A stretch of DNA of 64,000 nucleotides from an uncultured Deinococcaceae bacterium (lineage in GTDB: Bacteria > Deinococcota > Deinococci > Deinococcales > Deinococcaceae): assembly GCA_964252075.1 (NCBI GenBank), contig CAXULY010000004.1, forward strand, positions 1-64,000, given 5' to 3'. Below are positions 60,070 through 64,000 of the stretch, piece after piece (within the stretch, counting starts at the first letter, position 1; each line of letters opens with the position of its first letter). The notes under the pieces are model-generated. The model did no database searches, was not told the origin of the DNA, and was given only the letters and a program-made list of their open reading frames with translations. The position numbers and the translations under genes are program-made.

Positions 60070-60666
60070 ATGACCCGATCCGGTACCGTCAACCTGAATG
60101 GCATGCTGCAGCAGAGCATCGAGGTGATCACGCGCCCTAGCGTGGCGACCTTCGAGCGCCACGAGCGCAGCGGCGCCATGCGCGACGCGCTGGTGTACGT
60201 GCTGGTCGCCGCGGTGATCTCCGCGGTGGTCGCGTTCCTGTTCGCGCTGCTGCCCTTCCATCACGTGAGCGCGGGCGGGCAGTTCGTGCAGCGACTCATC
60301 ACCGTGCCGCTCACCTTCTTCGCCTTCGTGTACGCCGTGTACCTGATCGGCAAGAACTTCTTCCAGGGCACCGGCCGCATTGACGAGGTGGCGTACACCT
60401 TCGCGCTGTTCTTCGTGCCGATCAGCATCGTGACGACCATCGTGGGGGCGCTCGTGCCGCCGCTGGGCTGGCTGCTCACGCTGCTGAACGTGTACTTCGG
60501 CTGGCTGGCCGTGCAGTCCAGCATGAACATATACGACCAGGGCCGCGCCATCGTGGTGCTGGTGCTCGCCTGGGTCGCCCTGACGATCGTGAACATCATC
60601 ATCGGCTCGATCTTCGCGGCCCTCTTCCTGAGCAGCGCGCTCGTGAGCGGTGCGCTCGGACGGTAG
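60070..60666 (+). CDS. YIP1 family membrane protein
   Basis: VITRPSVATFE; five TM segments; AAGGAG SD. Confidence 0.8.
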   Translation: MTRSGTVNLNGMLQQSIEVITRPSVATFERHERSGAMRDALVYVLVAAVISAVVAFLFALLPFHHVSAGGQFVQRLITVPLTFFAFVYAVYLIGKNFFQGTGRIDEVAYTFALFFVPISIVTTIVGALVPPLGWLLTLLNVYFGWLAVQSSMNIYDQGRAIVVLVLAWVALTIVNIIIGSIFAALFLSSALVSGALGR

Positions 60667-60686
60667 CGAACGCGCCAGATCCGGCG

Positions 60687-60714
60687 GGCGGCCCACTTCG
60701 GGCCGCCTTTTTTT
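60687..60714 (+). terminator. Intrinsic terminator
   Basis: ggcggccc-acttc-gggccgcc plus T run. Confidence 0.8.
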
Positions 60715-61543
60715 ACGGCCCGTCCGCCGCGAAGCTCACCTCGACGCCCAGGCGCTCGCGCCCGCCGCCACGCCGCACGCCCCGCACGGGCGGCACGTCG
60801 TCGTAATCACGGCCGTGCCCGATCTTCACGTGCGCTTCGTTCACGCGGACGTTGTTGGTGGGGTCCAGGCCCAGCCAGCCGTGACCAGGAACGAGGGCCT
60901 CCACCCAGGCGTGCGTCGCCTCGGCGCCCACGAAGTCCGCGCCCGCGTACACGTACCCGGACACGTAACGCGTGGGAATGCCCGCCGCGCGGCACACGGC
61001 AATCATGGCGTGCGCGTAGTCCTGGCACACGCCGCGCCCGCTCAGCGCGAACTCCGCGAGGGGCGTGTTCACGCCGGTCGCGCCGGGCGCGTAGGTGAAG
61101 CGCGCGTGCAGGTGCCGCGTGAGGCCGTCCAGGTACGCCACGAGGTCGTCCGCGTCCTGCGGGATGGCGCAGCCAAAGGTGGCGGGCCAGTCCAGGTCGG
61201 CGGGCACGCGCGCGCTGGCGCCCACGTAATCCAGCCACTGGGCGCGCAGGGGCGCGAGCGCGGCGAGCGGCGCGGGCGGGGGTTCCCGTACGGGGTGCGT
61301 CACGACCACGCTGCGCGTCTCGAAGCGCAGCAGCTCGTGCGGCGCTCTGATGTGCACGTGCTGCACGGGCGTCCCGAACGGGTCGTGGCGGCGCTCCACC
61401 ACCGCGTCCGGCGTGACCGTCAGGTGGTAGGACAGCACCGTCTGGCGGTCGTCGCCCGTGGGCTCCAGGCGCAGTTCGTTGAACGAGTCCCAGGCGGGCT
61501 CGGGGTAACGGTACTCGGTGAGGTGGTGAATGGTGGCGCGCAT
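60713..61543 (-). CDS. Transglutaminase-like protein (Bact_transglu_N plus core)
   Basis: HLTEYRY; GVCQDYAH / HAWVE / LDPTN triad; GRDYDDVPP. Confidence 0.94.
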   Translation of the reverse strand: MRATIHHLTEYRYPEPAWDSFNELRLEPTGDDRQTVLSYHLTVTPDAVVERRHDPFGTPVQHVHIRAPHELLRFETRSVVVTHPVREPPPAPLAALAPLRAQWLDYVGASARVPADLDWPATFGCAIPQDADDLVAYLDGLTRHLHARFTYAPGATGVNTPLAEFALSGRGVCQDYAHAMIAVCRAAGIPTRYVSGYVYAGADFVGAEATHAWVEALVPGHGWLGLDPTNNVRVNEAHVKIGHGRDYDDVPPVRGVRRGGGRERLGVEVSFAADGP

Positions 61544-61628
61544 GCGGCTCCCGGACTTCCAGCCCATCACTATGACACGCGCCCCCGGTCGGTTGGGCGC
61601 ACCGGACCGGGGCGTCCCGTCACCCGAC

Positions 61629-62561
61629 TCACATGCGGAAGTACGTGGCCTGCATCTGCACGCCGATCTGCCCGAAGTCCGCGAGGAGGCGGTCCAGGCT
61701 GGGTTCCTCGCGGTCGAGGATGTCCTCCACACGCGCGTACGCGAGGCGCGCCGCGAGCCACCCGGAGAGCCGCCCCAGCTCGCCCGCCGAGCCGGGGTTC
61801 GCACCCTCGATGGATTTCAGGCCGCCGTGCAGGGCGTCCGCGCAGTAGCGCACGCTGCGCGGGAACTCGGGGTCCAGCAGCAGGAACGATGCGATGCGGC
61901 GCGGCTCCAGGCGCGTGTAGTGGCGCTTGCGGTAGGCCTCGTAGGCGCTCGCGCTCTTTAAAACCGCCATCCAGCGGTGGTTCTCCAGGGCGTCCGCGAC
62001 GGCCTCCTCGCCGCTGCGGCGGTACCGGACGCCCAGCAGGCGCAGCAGGTTGTCGCCACGCTCGAGTTTCTGCCCGGCGCGCAGGAACTCCCAGCCCTCA
62101 CCGCGCGGGTGCGTCGCGGCGGAGATGCCGTGGAAGTGGTGGCTGGCGTCGCGTACCGCGCGGCAGAAGCGGTGCAGGTCGTCCTGAGCGAGGACCGATT
62201 CCGTTCCGAAGCACAGGGCGTGGTACGCGGTGTTGATGCACTCCCACATCTCGCTGGGGATGCGGTCGCGCAGGCCGCGCGCGTTCTCGCGCGCCTGAAT
62301 AATGCACGAGGTGATGGAGGACGGGTTGCGGCGGTCGAAGGCCAGCCAGAACGGCACGGTGCGGCCGTCGGCGCGCGCCTCGTACTGCCGGAAGTGCTCC
62401 GCGCCACCCGTGATGGCGAGCAGCGGCGCCCACTGCTGCGACACGAGGCCGCCGCCCTCCAGGGTGGCGTAGTAGTTCACGTCCAGCATGCGGGCGGTGT
62501 TCTCCGCGCGCTCCACGTACCGCCCGATCCAGAACAGGGACTCCGCGACGCGGGACAGCAT
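61629..62561 (-). CDS. Alpha-E domain protein (DUF403)
   Basis: [32 protein letters not shown]. Confidence 0.94.
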   Translation of the reverse strand: MLSRVAESLFWIGRYVERAENTARMLDVNYYATLEGGGLVSQQWAPLLAITGGAEHFRQYEARADGRTVPFWLAFDRRNPSSITSCIIQARENARGLRDRIPSEMWECINTAYHALCFGTESVLAQDDLHRFCRAVRDASHHFHGISAATHPRGEGWEFLRAGQKLERGDNLLRLLGVRYRRSGEEAVADALENHRWMAVLKSASAYEAYRKRHYTRLEPRRIASFLLLDPEFPRSVRYCADALHGGLKSIEGANPGSAGELGRLSGWLAARLAYARVEDILDREEPSLDRLLADFGQIGVQMQATYFRM

Positions 62562-64000
62562 TAGCGCTCACCGCCCTGACGCTGCGACTGGCTCTGGCCC
62601 TGACCGCCCTGCGACTGGTGTTGCGTCTGCCCCTGCCGCTGCTCTTCCGGCACGGGCCCGCCGGGCGGCGCGAGCACCCAGGTGTCCTTGCTGCCGCCGC
62701 CCTGGCTGCTGTTCACCACGAGGGAGCCGCGCGTGAGCGCCACGCGCGTGAGGCCGCCCGGCACGATCGTGACCTTCTCCCCCACCAGGATGTACGGGCG
62801 CAGGTCCACGTGCGCGGGCTCGAAACGCCCCGAGTCCGGGTAGAAGGTCGGGTGGCGCGAGAGGCCCACCGTGGGCTGCGCGATGTAGTTGCGGGGGTTC
62901 TCCTCGACCTGCCTCACGAAGGCCGAGACCTGCTCGGGCGTGCTGGCGGGACCCACCAGCATGCCGTACCCGCCCGCCTCCCCGACCGCCTTGATCACGA
63001 GGTCCTGCGGGTGACTGAGCATCTCCGCGAGGCCCTCCGGGTCCCAGCCGAGCAGGGTCGGCACGTTCGGGAGAATGGGTTTCTCGTTCAGGTAGTACTC
63101 GATCATGCGCGGCACATAGGCGTACACGGCCTTGTCGTCCGCGACGCCCGCGCCGATGGCGTTCGCGAGCGCCACGCGGCCCTGGCGGTACACCTCCACG
63201 AGGCCCGGCACGCCCAGCACGCTGTCCTCCCGGAAGGCGAGCGGGTCGAGGAAGTCGTCGTCGATGCGGCGGTAGATGACGTCCACCTGCGCGCGCCCGG
63301 CGGTGGTGCGCATCCACACGCGGCCCTCCGCGACGAACAGGTCGCGGCCCTCCACGAGTTCCACGCCCATCTGCTGCGCGAGGAAGGCGTGCTCGAAGTA
63401 CGCGCTGTTGTACATGCCAGGCGTGAGCAGCACGATGGTGGGGTCCTCGATGTCGCGCGGGCTGAGGGACCGCAGGAGTTCCAGCAGCGCGGTCGTGTAG
63501 TGCTGCACGGGCCGCACACCCTGCCCCTCGAACAGGCCCGGCAGGATGCGCGTCATGGCGGTGCGGTTCGCAAGGAGGTACGACACGCCGCTCGGCACGC
63601 GCAGGTTGTCCTCCAGCACCGTGTACTGGCCCTGTTCGTCGCGGATGAGGTCGCTCCCCACGATGTGCGTGAACACCCCGAGCGGGAGGTTCAGGCCGCG
63701 CACCTCCGGGCGGTAGTGGCTGGCGGACTCCACGAGTTCGCGCGGCACCACGCCGTCATTCAGGATCTCGCCTGCGCCGTACACGTCGCGCAGGAAGGCG
63801 TTGAGGGCCAGCACGCGCTGCGTGAGGCCGCGCTCCACGAGGTCCCATTCGTGCGCGGGAATGACGCGCGGCACGGGGTCGAAGGGGAAGGTGCGCTCGG
63901 TGCCCTGTCCGTGCTCGTCCAGCTGGCCGTACACGGTGAAGGTGATGCCCTGATTCTTGAAGGTGAGGTCGGACAGCGCGCGGCGGCGCTCGAACTCTGG
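62561..64000 (-). CDS. Circularly permuted type 2 ATP-grasp protein (DUF404/407); 5' end outside the window
   Basis: [47 protein letters not shown]; frame open to the window edge. Confidence 0.95.
   Translation of the reverse strand, partial: PEFERRRALSDLTFKNQGITFTVYGQLDEHGQGTERTFPFDPVPRVIPAHEWDLVERGLTQRVLALNAFLRDVYGAGEILNDGVVPRELVESASHYRPEVRGLNLPLGVFTHIVGSDLIRDEQGQYTVLEDNLRVPSGVSYLLANRTAMTRILPGLFEGQGVRPVQHYTTALLELLRSLSPRDIEDPTIVLLTPGMYNSAYFEHAFLAQQMGVELVEGRDLFVAEGRVWMRTTAGRAQVDVIYRRIDDDFLDPLAFREDSVLGVPGLVEVYRQGRVALANAIGAGVADDKAVYAYVPRMIEYYLNEKPILPNVPTLLGWDPEGLAEMLSHPQDLVIKAVGEAGGYGMLVGPASTPEQVSAFVRQVEENPRNYIAQPTVGLSRHPTFYPDSGRFEPAHVDLRPYILVGEKVTIVPGGLTRVALTRGSLVVNSSQGGGSKDTWVLAPPGGPVPEEQRQGQTQHQSQGGQGQSQSQRQGGER

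Overview
High-GC (about 70% by eye) bacterial chromosome segment, very probably Deinococcus. The evidence is a DdrO-type RDRM palindrome at uvrB, a HAIR box at ftsH, pervasive TANNNT -10 boxes 6-8 nt before start codons, and adjacent ung and topoisomerase IB genes. It is mostly core genome: an interrupted str operon (rpsL-rpsG-fusA, two inserted genes, tuf), three tRNAs, hisA, two incomplete ABC transporter loci, thyX, ndk, rpmF, moaC, arginase, minDE, ftsH, glgA, dgt, pfkA, rsmI, rlmH and uvrB. I found no CRISPR array, transposase or integrase. The most notable items are: (1) a translationally coupled cassette of Zn-deaminase, UvsE, Ung, topoisomerase IB and DUF427, followed by a DEDDh exonuclease; (2) an XRE-HTH::MoaC fusion; (3) a CP-ATP-grasp/alpha-E/transglutaminase operon whose ligase has a Gln-rich tail; (4) a secreted Thr/Asp/Ser repeat protein whose repeats appear to split one globular domain; (5) two coupled uORFs and an rsmI with no canonical start codon; (6) a low-GC orphan gene and a flavin-reductase pseudogene. 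All calls come from motif recognition by eye and no searches were run.
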